64,000 nucleotides of DNA. Source: Cetorhinus maximus. Its lineage: Eukaryota. Below are positions 25,517 through 37,975 of the stretch, piece after piece. A program made the translations under genes and the position numbers. The notes beneath the pieces are model-generated. The model saw only the letters and a list, made by a program, of their open reading frames with translations. It did not search any database and was not told where the DNA came from. The stretch is from assembly GCF_964194155.1 (NCBI RefSeq), contig NC_135901.1, positions 21,266,001-21,330,000 on the forward strand. Reading direction: 5' to 3'. The stretch's first letter is position 1. Each line of letters starts with the position of its first letter.

Positions 25517-27743
25517 AAACAAAAACAGAAATACCTGGAAAAACTCAGCAGGTCTGGCAGCATTGGCGGAGAAGAGTACAGTTGACGTTTCGAGTCTTCA
25601 TGACCCTTCAACAGAACTGAGTAGAAATAGGAAAGGGGTGAAATATAAGCTGGTTTAAGGGGGAGGCGGGGGGGGGGGGGGGGGGGGTTGGGGGAGAAGG
25701 GGGGGGCGTTGTTGGGACAAGCAAGCAGTGATAGGAGCAGATAACCAAAAGATGTCACAGACAAAGGAACAAAGAGGTGTTGAAGGTGGTGATATTATTT
25801 AAAAGAATGTACTAATTAAGATTGGAGAGCAGGACGAGCAAGGTAGCTCTAGTGGGGGTGGGGTGAAATAAACCATGGGTGGAATACATTTTAAAATAAT
25901 GGAAATAGGTGGGAAAAGAAAAATCTATATAAATTATTGGAAAAAACAAAAGGGAGGGGGAAGAAACGGAAAGGGGGTGGGGATGGAGGAGGGAGTTCAA
26001 GATCTAAAGTTGTTGAACTCAATATTCAGTCCGGAAGGCTGTAAAGTGCCTAGTTGGTAGATGAGGTGCTGTTCCTCCAGTTTGCGTTGAGCTTCACTGG
26101 AACAATGCAGCAAGCCAAGGACAGACGTGGGCAAGAGAGCAGGGTGGAGTGTTAAAATGGCAAGCGCCGGGGAGGTCTGGATCATTCTTGCGGACAGACC
26201 GTAGGTCTTCTGCAAAGTGGTCGCCCAGTCTGCATTTGGTCTCTCCAATGTAGAGGAAACTGCATTGGGAGCAACGAATGCAGTAGACTAAGTTGGGTGA
26301 AATGCAAGTGAAATGCTGCTTCACTTGAAAGGAGTGTTTGGGCCCTTGGACGGTGAGGAGAGAGGAAGTGAAGGGGCAGGTGTTGCATATTTTGCGTTTG
26401 GATGGGGAGGTGCCGTAGGTGGTAGTTGAGGAGTAGGGGGTGATGGAGGAGTGGACCAGGGTGTCACGGAGAGAACGATCCCTACAGAATGCCACTAAGG
26501 GGGGTTAAGTGAAGATGTGTTTGGTGGTGGCATCATGCTGGAGTTGGCGGAAATGGCGGAGGATGATCCTTTGAATGCGTAGGCTGGTGGGGTGATAAGT
26601 GAGGACAAGGGGGACCCTATCATGTTTCTGGCAGGGAGGAGAAGGCGTGAGGGCGGATGCGCGGGAGATGGGCCGGACACGGTTGAGGGCCCTGTCAACT
26701 ACCGTGGGTGGAAAACCTCGGTTAAGGAAGAAGGAGGACATGTCAGAGGAACTGTTTTTGAAGGTAGCATCATCAGAACAGATGCGACGGAGGCGAAGGA
26801 ACTGAGAGAATGGGATGGAGTCCTTACAGGAAGCGGGGTGTGAGGAGCTGTAGTCGAGGTAGCTGTGGGAGTCGGTAGGCCTGTAATGGATATTGGTGGA
26901 CAGTCTATCACCAGAAATTGAGACAGAGAGGTCAAGGAAGGGAAGGGAAGTGTCAGAGATGGACCATGTAAAAATGATGGAATGATTCCCCTCTACGTTG
27001 GAGAGACCAAACGCAGACTGGGCGACCGCTTTGCCGAAGACCTTTGGTCTGTCCGCAAGAATGACCCAGACCTCGCTAGCGCTTGCCATTTTAACACTCC
27101 ACCCTGCTCTCTTGCCCACATGTCTGTCCTTGGCTTGCTGCATTGTTCCAGTGAAGTTCAACTGGAGGAACAGCACCTCATCTACCGACTAGGCACTTTA
27201 CAGCCTTCCGGACTGAATATTGAGTTCAACAACTTTAGATCTTGAACTCCCTCCTCCATCCCCACCCCCTTTCCGTTTCTTCCCCCTCCCTTTTGTTTTT
27301 TCCAATAATTTATATAGATTTTTCTTTTCCCACCTATTTCCATTATTTTAAAATGTATTCCACCCATGGTTTATTTCACCCCACCCCCACTAGAGCTACC
27401 TTGCTCGTCCTGCTCTCCAATCTTAATTAGCACATTCTTTTAGATAATATCACTACCTTCAACACCTCTTTATTCTTCTGTCTGTGACATCTTTTGGTTA
27501 TCTGCTCCTATCACTGCTTGCTTGTCCCAACAACCCCACCCACTTCTCCCCCCCCCCCCCCACCACTTTAAACCAGCTTATATTTCACCCCTGTCCTATT
27601 TCTACTTAGTTCTGTTGAAGGGCCATGAGGACTCCAAACGTCAACTGTGCTCTTCTCCACCGATGCTGCCAGACCTGCTGAGTTTTTCCAGGTATTTCTG
27701 TTTTTGTTTTGGATTTCCAGCATCCGCTGTTTTTTGTTTTTAT
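25517..27743. mobile_element. Penelope-like element, tail-out inverted repeat (left arm - 25517-26981; right arm + ~26989-27743)
   Basis: GIY-YIG 'LVYCIRCSQCSFLYIGETK' and RT thumb 'LPFLDLSV..HYRPTDSHSYLDYSSSHP'; arms are reverse complements; TSD cagaatatgc(c/a)cta at 25503-25516 and 27744-27757. Confidence 0.9.
25579..25619 (-). ncRNA. Minimal type I hammerhead ribozyme motif (core variant CUGUUGA)
   Basis: CAGTT-CTGTTGA-A-GGGTC-ATGAA-GACTC-GAAAC-GTC-AACTG: helix I 5 bp, helix II 5 bp, palindromic ACGT helix III. Confidence 0.7.
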
Positions 27744-28890
27744 CAGAATATGCACTATCCGCGCTGCAGTAAGAATTTACGCAGGCGCATTACCAGGTAT
27801 GACTCGGGCATGCGCCTTGTGGCGGTTTTGCAGAGCATGCGCACTGGCGGCTACACGAGGAATCGGTCGAAGGAGCTGAGTGCAGGCCGGTAAATTAGAA
27901 GCCGGTAGATGGGGAGGATTGGAGGCGGCGGAGTGGGCAGCGAGTCTTTATAAACATTCACCAGAGGCTTCAACGCCCGAATAAGGAGCTAGTGGTCCCG
28001 TGGTTGCAGCGAACGGACGGGGAGGCGGCTGTGGGCCGCGGTTCTCGGTCAGAAGCCGGAGCTAACGGCCCCATCGTTCCAGGGGCCAAAGTGCATCAGA
28101 GCGCATGCGCAGCCGCCATCTTTACAGGGACAGTGTGCAGCACGGCGCATGCGCGGTCGTCTCTGTCAGCAGGAGGAGAGAATGTTTTGAAATTCTATCC
28201 TGGACTGACAGGGATTGATTTTGGAAACTCCTTTTACAGGGGGATAGAAGGGGAGGATTTACACACGGCAAACGCAAACCAAGAGAAATATTTGTCTCTT
28301 CTGGTATTGGTCTTTAAAATCCTCATTAGGATGGGCATGTCGATGTGGACAGAATGTTTCCACTTGTTGGTCTGCCCGTTACTGGGGGCCGTGTATACAC
28401 AATAGTTACAAATAAATCCAACAGGAAAACTGGAGATATATCTTTCCTCAGGCAGTAATTAGAAGGTGGAACTCACGACTGCAGGAAGTGGTTGAGAGAA
28501 ATACCTGAGACTCTTTCAAAAAGAAACTAGATGAGAACATGAGAGAAAAGGAATTAGAAAGATGTGCTGAAAGACTGAGCTGAGGTCAGCAGAATAGGAG
28601 GAGACTTGTGTGGAGTAGAATCTCCAGTACAGACTAGATAGACTGAATGGCCTGTTTGTATAATGTATATTCCATGTAATTCTTTGTAAACTTATTTTAC
28701 AGGGTAATGGAAGAGGAGATTTAACGGTCAGGAAAATCAAACCAAACCTCACGCCTGATAGAGTCAGTCGGTTCATTGGGATCTGAAGATTTGTACATCT
28801 GAAGGGATTTAATTGACCGTCTCAGCTGGAAACTAGTGACAGGCTGTTCACCTGCTCCTCCTGTTGGAAGGAATTAAAAAGCTGGTCAAC

Positions 28891-30402
28891 ATGCTGACAC
28901 GACAGCGCGCTCGCAATAGTGAGAGTCCGTTCACCTGCTCCGTTTGTGGGAAGAAATTCATGTGTTCATCCAACCTGCTGGCACACCAGCTAGATCACTT
29001 TGATGAGAAACCTCTTCAGTGCCCTAACACTGGGGAAAGCTTTGAAACCCCTGAGGAACTGGTCCAACACCAGCGAGTTCACACTGATGAGAGACCGTTC
29101 AGTTGCTCCCACTGTGGGAAGAGGTTCAGGCTGTCCTCCCGCCTCGCGGAGCACCAGCTCCTTCACACACACGAGAGGCCGTTCAGCTGCTCTCACTGTG
29201 GGGAGTCATTCAGCGAGTCAGTACATCTCACTGAGCACCAGCGAGTTCACACCAAAGACAGGCCATTCAGCTGCCCCCAGTGTGGGAAGAGATTCGCTCA
29301 GTCTTCCCATTACACTGAGCACCAATTGGTTCACTCCGATAAGAGACCTTTTAAATGCTCAGAATGTGAAAAGACCTTTAAAAGATGCAGGGAACTGCTG
29401 AGACACCAGTGCACTCACACCAGCGAGAGGCCATTCACTTGCTCCGTGTGTGGGAAGAGCTTCACCCGTGCAGTTCAACTTCTGAAGCACGAGGGTGTTC
29501 ACACTGGGGAGAGGCCATTCACCTATTCCATGTGTGACAAGAGAGTTTCTGAATCCTCCCAATACACTGAACACAAACACGTTCACTCTGGTAAGAGAAC
29601 TTTTAAATGTTCTGAATGTGAGAAGACCTTTAAAAGAAGCAATGACCTGCTGATACACCAGCGCATTCACACTGGGGAGAGGCCGTTCTTCTGCACTGAG
29701 TGTGGGAAGAGATTCACTTGGTCATCTAATCTGGTGGAGCACCAGCGCACTCACACTGGGGAGAGGCCGTTCCTCTGCTCTGACTGTGGGAAGAGATTTG
29801 CTCATTCATCTGATCTGGTGAAACACCAGCGAATTCACACCGGGGAGAGACCGTTCACCTGCTCTGAGTGTGGGAAGACATTTACTCGCTCATCCCACCT
29901 GCTGACACACCAGCGGGTTCACACAGGGGAGAGGCCGTTCACCTGCTCTGAGTGTGGGAAAGGATTCACTCAGTCATCCAACCTGTGGATACACCAACAA
30001 GTTCACACTGGGGAGAGACCGTTTCTCTGCTCTGAGTGTGGGAAGGTATTCAGCCGGTTAGCCAACCTGTTGAGACACCAGCGAGTTCACACTGAAGAGA
30101 GACCTTTTAAATGCTCTGACTGCGGGAAGTGCTATAAAACTTCTGGAGAACTGATGCACCATCAACGTGTTCACACTGAGAAGAGACCGTTCAGATGCTC
30201 TCACTGCAAGACTGGGTTCAGGAAATCATCTCAACTCACTTTACACCAGCGAATTCACACTGGGGAGAGGCCGTACACCTGCTCCGAGTGTGGGAAGGGA
30301 TTTACTTGTTCACACCACCTGCTGAGACACCAGCGAGTTCACAGGTCACCGGCAACGTTGGATTTTCTCGTTTTTGCTGCTGAGAATAACGTCCAGGACT
30401 GA
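28891..30402 (+). CDS. C2H2 zinc-finger protein (unit F), 17 finger repeats (15 intact)
   Basis: First ATG at 28891 within ORF 28864..30402; acceptor AG at 28701-28702; C-terminus extends into the family 3' UTR motif. Confidence 0.9.
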   Translation: MLTRQRARNSESPFTCSVCGKKFMCSSNLLAHQLDHFDEKPLQCPNTGESFETPEELVQHQRVHTDERPFSCSHCGKRFRLSSRLAEHQLLHTHERPFSCSHCGESFSESVHLTEHQRVHTKDRPFSCPQCGKRFAQSSHYTEHQLVHSDKRPFKCSECEKTFKRCRELLRHQCTHTSERPFTCSVCGKSFTRAVQLLKHEGVHTGERPFTYSMCDKRVSESSQYTEHKHVHSGKRTFKCSECEKTFKRSNDLLIHQRIHTGERPFFCTECGKRFTWSSNLVEHQRTHTGERPFLCSDCGKRFAHSSDLVKHQRIHTGERPFTCSECGKTFTRSSHLLTHQRVHTGERPFTCSECGKGFTQSSNLWIHQQVHTGERPFLCSECGKVFSRLANLLRHQRVHTEERPFKCSDCGKCYKTSGELMHHQRVHTEKRPFRCSHCKTGFRKSSQLTLHQRIHTGERPYTCSECGKGFTCSHHLLRHQRVHRSPATLDFLVFAAENNVQD

Positions 30403-30524
30403 ACCTTTTCTCCTTTCTAACTCTAGATTATTTCAGTTCTCATACCCTCGGTTACTCTCATGGACAAGTCCCAGCTCCTCATACCTTCCAGAGTGCCTCT
30501 CCTAGCCTTGGGATCCAGGAAAGT

Positions 30525-31275
30525 GTAAGATTTTTGATTTGGGAGCCACAGATACCTTAGAAAGGCAGTCAACTATTTGTAAGTAATTTTAAGATAGTTT
30601 ATTAATAAAAAGACAGTTTAGACACGATGCACGAGCTAATTAGACAGAAAAAGTATATGATCTGTGATAGTTGAGAGCAGTTTACTGATCCCAGAGGACA
30701 AACGGACGGTTGGCACAGAGAGCATTGATCTCAGTAGTTTGTGATAACAGCATTCTGCTCTCTAACCGAAGTGTTAGGGAACTCTTCCTTTGGTCTTCCT
30801 CCTCCTTTTCCATCTGGAGAAGGCGGCTGCCTGATGAGCACTGCCACCTCACCAGCCCTGCCCCCTGTCCCTGAGCACTTGTTGATATAACCTTTTCCTG
30901 GTGGCTTACCCAGTGTCAATCATCTATTCAGACCCGTCTATCCAATGGAAACAGGACAGGTACCCAAAATGTCAGGGTGGTTACCTCCTCCCCTGTTCGT
31001 CGCCGTGCTCCAGGTCAGTTTTTTAGTTTCCGACATGCTGAGCGTCATTTCCTGGCCTATTCTAAACACTTGCATGGATAAGGGGGTACACAAGACACCA
31101 TCCTACCAACTTAGGAATGTTAACATGTCAGCCTGAACCAAGTGACCTTGCCGTTTCCAGGGAATGTTTCGTGTTGTTGCCTGTTTAGAAATTGCCTTTC
31201 CAGAAGTTGCCTTTATGGAGGGAGAAAATCAATGCTGTTGAGCTAATTTCATAGAGCTCTATCCTGTGCAGAAAT
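30525..31275 (-). mobile_element. Probable solo LTR
   Basis: Starts TGTAAGA; minus-strand AATAAA (~30600) and TATA-like (~30887) in LTR order; related fragment at 20315-20480; right boundary uncertain. Confidence 0.4.
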
Positions 31276-31294
31276 ACCAATTTATTAAAGTTTG

Positions 31295-32530
31295 TTTTGG
31301 GAAGGTCACGTTTGACAAATTTGATTGAATTTTTTGAGGAGATAACCAGGAATGTTGATGAGGGTAATGCCTTTGATGTGGTCTACATGGACTTTAGCAA
31401 GGCTTTTGATAAGGTCCCTCATGGCAGACTGGTCAAGAAAGTAAGAGCCCAAAGGCAAAGTGGCATGTTGGATCCAAAACTGGCTGAGAGGCAGGAAGCA
31501 GAGGGTGATGGCACAGGGATGTTTCTATGACTGGAAGTCTATTTACAGTGGGCTCTGCAGAGCTCAGTGCTGGGGCCCTTGCTGTTTGTGCTATATATCA
31601 ATGATTTGGACTTAAATGTAGGGAGCATGATCAAGAATTTCACGGATGACACGAAAAGTGGCAGGGTGGTAAATAGTGAGGAGGATTGCCGTAACTGCAG
31701 GAGGGTATCAATGGACTGGTCTGGTGGGCAGAGCAGTGGCAAATGGAATTCAACCTAGAAAAGTGTGAGTTAATGCACTTGGGGAGAGCTAACAAGGCAA
31801 GGGATTACACTGTGAACGGCAGGACCCTGGGAAGTACTGAAGATCAGAGGGAACTTGGTGTACATATCCACAGATCCCTGAAGGTAGCAGGGCAGGTAGA
31901 CAAGGTGGTTAAGAAGGCATACGGGATACTTGCCTTTATTAGCCAAGGCATAGAATACAAGATCAGGGAGGTTATGCTGGTACTGTATAAAACGCTGGTT
32001 AGGCCACAGCTGGAGTGCTGTGTGCAGTTCTGGTCACTACATTACAGGAAGGATGTGATTGCACTGGAGAGGGTGCAGCCTGAGCTGGAGAGTCTGAGCT
32101 ATGAGGAAAGATTGGATAGGCTGGGGTTGTTTTCCTTGGAGCAGTGAACGTTGAGAGGGGACCTGATAGAGGTGTATAAGATTATGAGGGGCAGAGATAG
32201 GGTGGATAGGAAGGCACTTTTTTCCATTAGTAGAGGGGTCAATAATCAGGGGGCAGAGATTTAAGGTAAGAGATAGAAGGCTACGAGGGGAGTTGAGGTG
32301 AAATTTCTTCACCCAGAGTGGTGGGAGTCTGGAACTCATTGCCTGAAAATGTGGTTGAGTCAGAAACTCTTGTAACATTAAAGAAGTATTTAGATATTCA
32401 CTTCTGTTGCCATAGCCTCCAGGGATATGGGCCAAGTGTTGGAAAATGGGATTAGTGTAGTCAGATCTTTGTTGATTTGTGCAGGCATGATGGGCCGAAT
32501 GGCCTCCTCCTGTGCTGTAAACGTCTGTGA
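31295..32530 (+). mobile_element. CR1 LINE, 5'-truncated, RT to 3' UTR
   Basis: 'LTNLIEFFEE..VYMDFSKAFDKVPH', 'LGPLLFVLYINDL', 'LYKTLVRPQLECCVQFW'. Confidence 0.9.
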
Positions 32531-32549
32531 GTCTGAGAGTCTAAATCCC

Positions 32550-32760
32550 ACCATCGGAGACACCAGCGAGTTTACAGATGGCTGCAGGAGTTGGATTTTG
32601 CTATTCATCACGTCCAGGACGGAGCCATGTTCATTGGGGTCTTTTTCTGTTGATGTTATTAAGTTCCAGCCGAGTTATAGATGTCAATATCTGGATAAAA
32701 GTCAAATAAATCAGCTTTATAAACACATCGGGTGATGAGTCATTTTAATATTTCTAACAC
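32550..32760 (+). pseudogene. Orphan ZNF 3' end (last finger residues plus 3' UTR and polyA signal)
   Basis: 'gagacaccagcgagtttac..ggttggattttgctattcatcacgtccaggac..aaataaatcagcttt' matches the 3' ends of D, G and J. Confidence 0.7.
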
Positions 32761-32764
32761 AGGT

Positions 32765-33190
32765 TACTTCCTTGATTGGCACCCAATCCACCACTGTAAA
32801 CATTCACTCCTTCCATCACCGACACACAGTGGCAGCAATGTGTACCATCTACAAGATGCACTGCAACAACTCACCAAGGCTTCTTCAACAGCTCCTTCCA
32901 GCAACCCCTACCGAAGGACAAGGGAGCAGATAGATGGGAGCACCACCACCTGGAGGTTCCCCTCCAATCCAGTCACCAACCTGACTTGGAAATATATCCC
33001 GTTCCTTCACTGTCACTGAGTCAAAATCCTGGAACTCCTTCCCTAACAGCACTGTGGGTGTACCTACACTACATGGACTGCAGTGGTTCAAGAGGATGGC
33101 TCACACCACCTTCTCAAGGGCAGTTAGGGATGGGCAATAGATGCTGGCCTAGCCAGTGACGCCCACTTCCTGTGAACGAATAAAAAAAGT
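32765..33190 (+). mobile_element. HER1-type LINE 3' end
   Basis: Colinear with 22350-22775. Confidence 0.8.
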
Positions 33191-33194
33191 GCTG

Positions 33195-35940
33195 TCCATC
33201 TCCCCTGTCTCCATCCTCATCTCCAACAACAAGTGCGAAGACCTCATGGAGCTTCTTTGTCACAAAGATTGAGACAATTTGATCAGCTGCTTCCCTCCCT
33301 TCCACTAGCCCACAAGGCCAAACTCTCTCTAAAGTTCCCCCTTGTCTGAGCCCTGAACTCACATCTTTCTCCAGTTTCTCTCCTATCTCCCATCATGTCC
33401 TGTCAGAGCTCATCTTATTCACCTCCTAGTCCCTCGACCCTATTCCCACTAAGCTGCTGACCATCCACCTTGCCCAAAGTACTGGGGAAATCGCCTGGAC
33501 AGTATCAGCTGCCACTGTGGATTCACGGTTGAGGAGTTGTTGAAAATGTTCTTTCCTGTGTTGATGGATGATATTGTCATCCCCAAGGAGAGAAACACCA
33601 TCCTGTGAGTGAAGGGGATTTTGTCCATTATCTTGGTCTATTCATGGCCCTGGTGGCTTCAAAAAGCTTTGCTTGTCGTGATGGTCAGCGTATTGTTGGG
33701 TATCTCGGGCTTGCTCCTCCCACCACTTGTACTTTATTGTCTTTGGCCGTCAGCTTTGAGCTGTTGGAACTCTGCCTTCTTGCCACCTCGGGTTGTTCTG
33801 CAGGGCAATGAAGGTTCATTTTTGTTACAGGAGGTCACATTTTGAACATCATTTTCATTGAACCAGTCCTGGTGACGACGATGCTCGAACCCAATGGTCT
33901 GGGAACAGGAGTCTTGTACAGCTGACTTCATCCGATCCCAACGTTCTGAGAAGAAACGACACAGACCAAATGGTACAATTTTGAAGAGGATGCAGAAAAG
34001 GACAGACTTGGGTTTGTTTGTGCACAAATCTCTGAAGGTGTGAGGACAGGTTAACAAACAGTCAATGAAGCAGACGGGATGCTGGGCTTTATAAGCAGAG
34101 ACAGAGAGTACAAAGGTCAGGAAGTCTCACTATAAAAAACATTATTTCTGCCCCGTCTGGAGTATTGTGTCCAATTCTGAGCATCACATTGTAGGGAGGA
34201 CATGAAAGCTTTGGAGAGGGCACAGAGGAGATGGATCACAGGACCACGGATCAATAAGAGAACCTGGGGCTGTTCTCCTTGGAACAGAGAAAGTGAAGAG
34301 GAGATTTGATAGACCTGCTTAAAATCATGAAGGGTTTAGATAGAGTGAATAAGGAGAAAATATTTCCAATGGCCAATGGGTTTGATAACCAGAGGACATT
34401 GATTTAAAGTGATTGGCAAGAGAACCAGAGGCATCAGGAGGAAATCTTTTCAGTAACAAGTGGTTAGGATTTGGAATGCACTGTCTGATGGGGCGATGGA
34501 TACCGGTTCAAGAGTGATCTTCAAAAGGGAATTGGATAAATATTTTAAGGAGAAATGATGCAGGGATGGGATAAAGAATGGGGGAGTGGGACTAACTGGA
34601 TTGCTCATCGAAAGTTACCAGCACAGATTCAATAGGCCAAATGGCCTCTTTCTCTGGTGTACTATTAAGAGATTCCATGATTTATAATACAATGATTCAT
34701 AATAAACATGATATGATAGAATCATAGAGCATGGACGGTGGCCATTCAGCCCGTTGTCCCTGTACTGTGCCTGAAAATGTTACCAATCTGTCCCACTCCC
34801 CTGCTCTTTTCCGATCGCCCTCCAAATCTTTCCTTATGAGATAAAAGTCCAAATCACTTTTGAAAGTTACTATTGAATCTGCTTCTACCAATCATTCCGA
34901 CAATGAAAACAATGACTTCGGTCTTCCCGATATTTAATTGGAGGAAATTTCTGGACACCCACCACTGGATGTCAGACAAACAGTCTGATCCTTTACCAAG
35001 AGTGGAGAAGTTGAGAGAGGTGGTGGTGAGGCAGAACTGGGAGCTGTCAGTGTAAATGTGATAACTGACAAGAGTTTTCAGATTATGTCATTGTTTGGAG
35101 CAGATTAATGAGAAATAAGAGGAGACCAAGGTGTATCCTTTGGGGATACCAGCGGTAACTGTGGGAGTGGGAAGGGAAGACATTACGAGTGATTCTCTGA
35201 CTATGATTCGATAGAGAAGAATGGAACCAGGAGACAGCAGCCCCACCCAGCTGGACGACAGGGGAGAGGTGAAGGTGCAGAATGATGTGGTCAACATTGT
35301 CAAAGGCTGCAGACAGGTCGAGGACGAGAAGGGAGAGTTTATCTTTGTCACAGTCACATAGGGTGTCATTTGTGACTTTGATAAGAGTTGTTTCAGTACT
35401 GTGGCAGGGGCAGAAACATGATTGGGAGGATTCAAAGATGGAGTTCTGGGAAAGATGGGCAGGGATTTGGGAGGTGACAGCATGTTCAAGGACTTTGGAG
35501 AAGAAAGAGAGGCTGGAGATGGGACAGTAGTTTAGGAGGATGGTGGGGTCAAGGATTTATTTTTTGAGAAGGGTATAATGATGGTAGATTTGAAGGTGAG
35601 AGGGACAGTACCTGAGAGAGAAAATTGTTAGCATAGTCAGTGAACATGGAGAAGTTGAGTGATCAGTAGTTTAGTGGGAATAGGGTTGATGAAGGAGGTG
35701 GGACAAGATGAGCTCTGAGAGGGCCTGAGGTGAGATGGGAGGGAAACTACAGAAAGATGTGAGTTCAGGGGTCAGGCAACAGGGAAATTTAGAGAAAGTT
35801 CAGCCCCGTGGGCTAGTGGAAGGGAGGGAAGCAGCAGAGGCAGCTGATCAGATTGTCTCAATCTTAGTGACAAAGAAGCTCCATGAGCTCCTCACACTTG
35901 TTGAAGGTGCGGATGGAGGAGACGGGGAGAGGGAGAGCAC
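33195..35940. mobile_element. Nest of L2 (33195-33470 +; 34900-35940 -), RTE-like (33480-33950) and CR1 (33960-34890) fragments
   Basis: L2 segments are reverse complements of each other; 'RRHQDWFNEND' is RTE-like; CR1 3' ends are recognisable. Confidence 0.7.
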
Positions 35941-36152
35941 TTCAAAAAGAACTAACCTGAGTTAGAGATATTCAAAAAACCTCAATGGATTTGCGTTTAA
36001 CACAAAGCTGCTTATTTGATTTTTATCAAAAATATTAGCCCCTGTAAGTGGTCTGGAGGTTAGTAAAATCAGCAGAAATAGACTCCATTGAACATGGTTC
36101 AGTCCTGGATATGATTAACAGCAAAATCAAATCACTGTAGTTACTTATGAAT

Positions 36153-36758
36153 TCACTGGTGTCTCAGCCAGTGGGATGAGGTAGTGAATCCCTTCCCACA
36201 CGTGGAGCAGGTGAATGGCCTCTCCCCAGTGTGAATTTGCTGATGCTTCAGCAGGTCGGATGACTGAGTGAATCCCTTCCCGCACTCGGAGCAGGTAAAT
36301 GGTCTCTCCCCAGTGTGAATTCGCTGGTGTACAGTGAGTTGGGATGATCGCCTGAACCCAGCCCCGCATTGAGAACACCTGAATGGTCTCTTGTCAGTGT
36401 GAACGTGTTGATGGTACATCAGTTCCCAGGATCTTTTATAGCACTTCCCGCAGTCCAAGCATTTAAAAGGTCTCTCTTCACTGTGAACTCGCTGGTGGCT
36501 CAGCAGGTTGGATGAAAGAGTAAATCCCTTCCCACACATGGAGCAGGTGAACGCCCTCTCCCCAGTGTGACTGCGCTGATGCTTTTCCAGCTCAGCTGGG
36601 GGTTTGAATCCCATCCCACAGTCCCCACATTTCCACGGTTTCTCCCCAGTGTTACTGCACTTGTGTTTCCACAGGCCAGACGATTGCCTGAAGCCTCGTC
36701 CACACACAGAACACGTGTACGGTTTCTCTCCACTGTGAACGGTGCTTTTTTCTTCCAT
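36153..36758 (-). CDS. C2H2 zinc-finger protein (unit G), 7 finger repeats, last one clipped by a CGA>TGA stop
   Basis: ATG at 36758 (MEEKSTVH...); acceptor at ~36869; ancestral 'CAT AAG TAA' end lies just past the premature TGA. Confidence 0.85.
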   Translation of the reverse strand: MEEKSTVHSGEKPYTCSVCGRGFRQSSGLWKHKCSNTGEKPWKCGDCGMGFKPPAELEKHQRSHTGERAFTCSMCGKGFTLSSNLLSHQRVHSEERPFKCLDCGKCYKRSWELMYHQHVHTDKRPFRCSQCGAGFRRSSQLTVHQRIHTGERPFTCSECGKGFTQSSDLLKHQQIHTGERPFTCSTCGKGFTTSSHWLRHQ

Positions 36759-37729
36759 GTTCAAAATCCAATGATACTCAAGTTCCGATCAACTGGACGA
36801 CCCTGTGTCAGGTTCTGATGTGGTGTTTGGTTTGAGTTTCCTGACTGTAAATCCTCCTCTTCTCATACCCTGTGAAATTGATTTAAAACAGAAAAAAGGG
36901 AGTGAGAGAGAACCCACAGAAACATAAACTGAGCTGAATGAATCTGGTTATTTGTGGAATTGACACGAGGAAAAAGTGACCATGAAAACTGCTGGATTGT
37001 CATAAAAACCCAACTGGTTCACTAATGTCCTTCAGGGAAGGGAACCGGAAACCCAGACTGGGTCTACACAAGACTCTGGTCTCCATGGGAGGAGAGAGAG
37101 AGGTGGGATATGCAAGGGGTCAAGAAATGTTTTATACATCTACAACTCATCCAGGAATTTCACAGAATCCCCAGAGCCTCAACCACTACCACCTAGAAGG
37201 ACCAGGGTAACAGGTGTCAGTGAACACTATCACCTCCAACTCACACACTATCCAGTCTGACATCCAGTACAGGATGAGCAGAAATTTCCTCCATTTAAAT
37301 ATTGGGAAGAGGGAAGCCATTGTCTTCAGTCCCCACAACAAACTCCACCCCCTAACCACTGACTCCATTCCTCTCTCTTGCAGCTCTCTGGGCCTGAACC
37401 AGACTGTTCACAATCTTGTTGTCATATTTCAGGCCAAGCTGAATTTCTGACCACATACCACTAAGACTGCCCATTTCCACCTCAGTAACATCACCCAGCT
37501 GTGTCCCTGCCTCAGTTAATCTGCTGTGAAACTCATCCATTCCTTTGTTCCCCCTAAACTGGACGATTCGACTGTGCGTCTTGTCGACCTCCCAGATTCA
37601 ACTCCATGGAAACTGGAGTTCATTCAAAACAGCTGCTTGTCCTTACTCACACCAAATCTTGTTCACCATCATCCCCATCCTCTCTGATCTAGATGGTGGT
37701 AATTTCCAGTCTTACAGCCTTCCAGGATT

Positions 37730-37975
37730 ATCTGAGATCATCAAAATCTGGCCCACCCCCGGCTCCAATTCCTCTTGTACGTCCACAATCTCCTCCAGCC
37801 TCCTGAGCTGCCTGTTCCACCCCAGTCACTCTCCACCAGCCGCACTGAGCATGCTCTGAGCACAGCCCGGCCCCCACGCCGGCGCACTGGGTTCCTATTC
37901 TCATTGACGGGGGCTTTCTGACCCATGAGGCATTCTGGGTAATCCTACCGCCATTGAGGCCAATCAGTGAACAGG
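37730..37975 (-). promoter_or_regulatory. Promoter/first exon of unit G
   Basis: Minus strand reads 'caatggcggtaggaTTACCCAGAATGCC..caatgagaataggaacccagtgcgc..gagcatgctcagtg', homologous to the 18185 promoter. Confidence 0.75.

Larger units (their letters stand above)
25465..28170 (+). promoter_or_regulatory. Promoter/first exon of unit F, split by the PLE insertion (25465-25516 and 27744-28170)
   Basis: CAATGGC..TTACCCAGCATTC before the insertion; multiple GCATGCGC and GCCGCCATCTT after it; colinear with the intact promoter at 40560-40990 (-). Confidence 0.75.

Noticed and set aside
25660-25710. Poly-G run as a functional G-quadruplex
   Set aside because: Variable-length homopolymer of the PLE 3' UTR that differs between arms; may include sequencing error.
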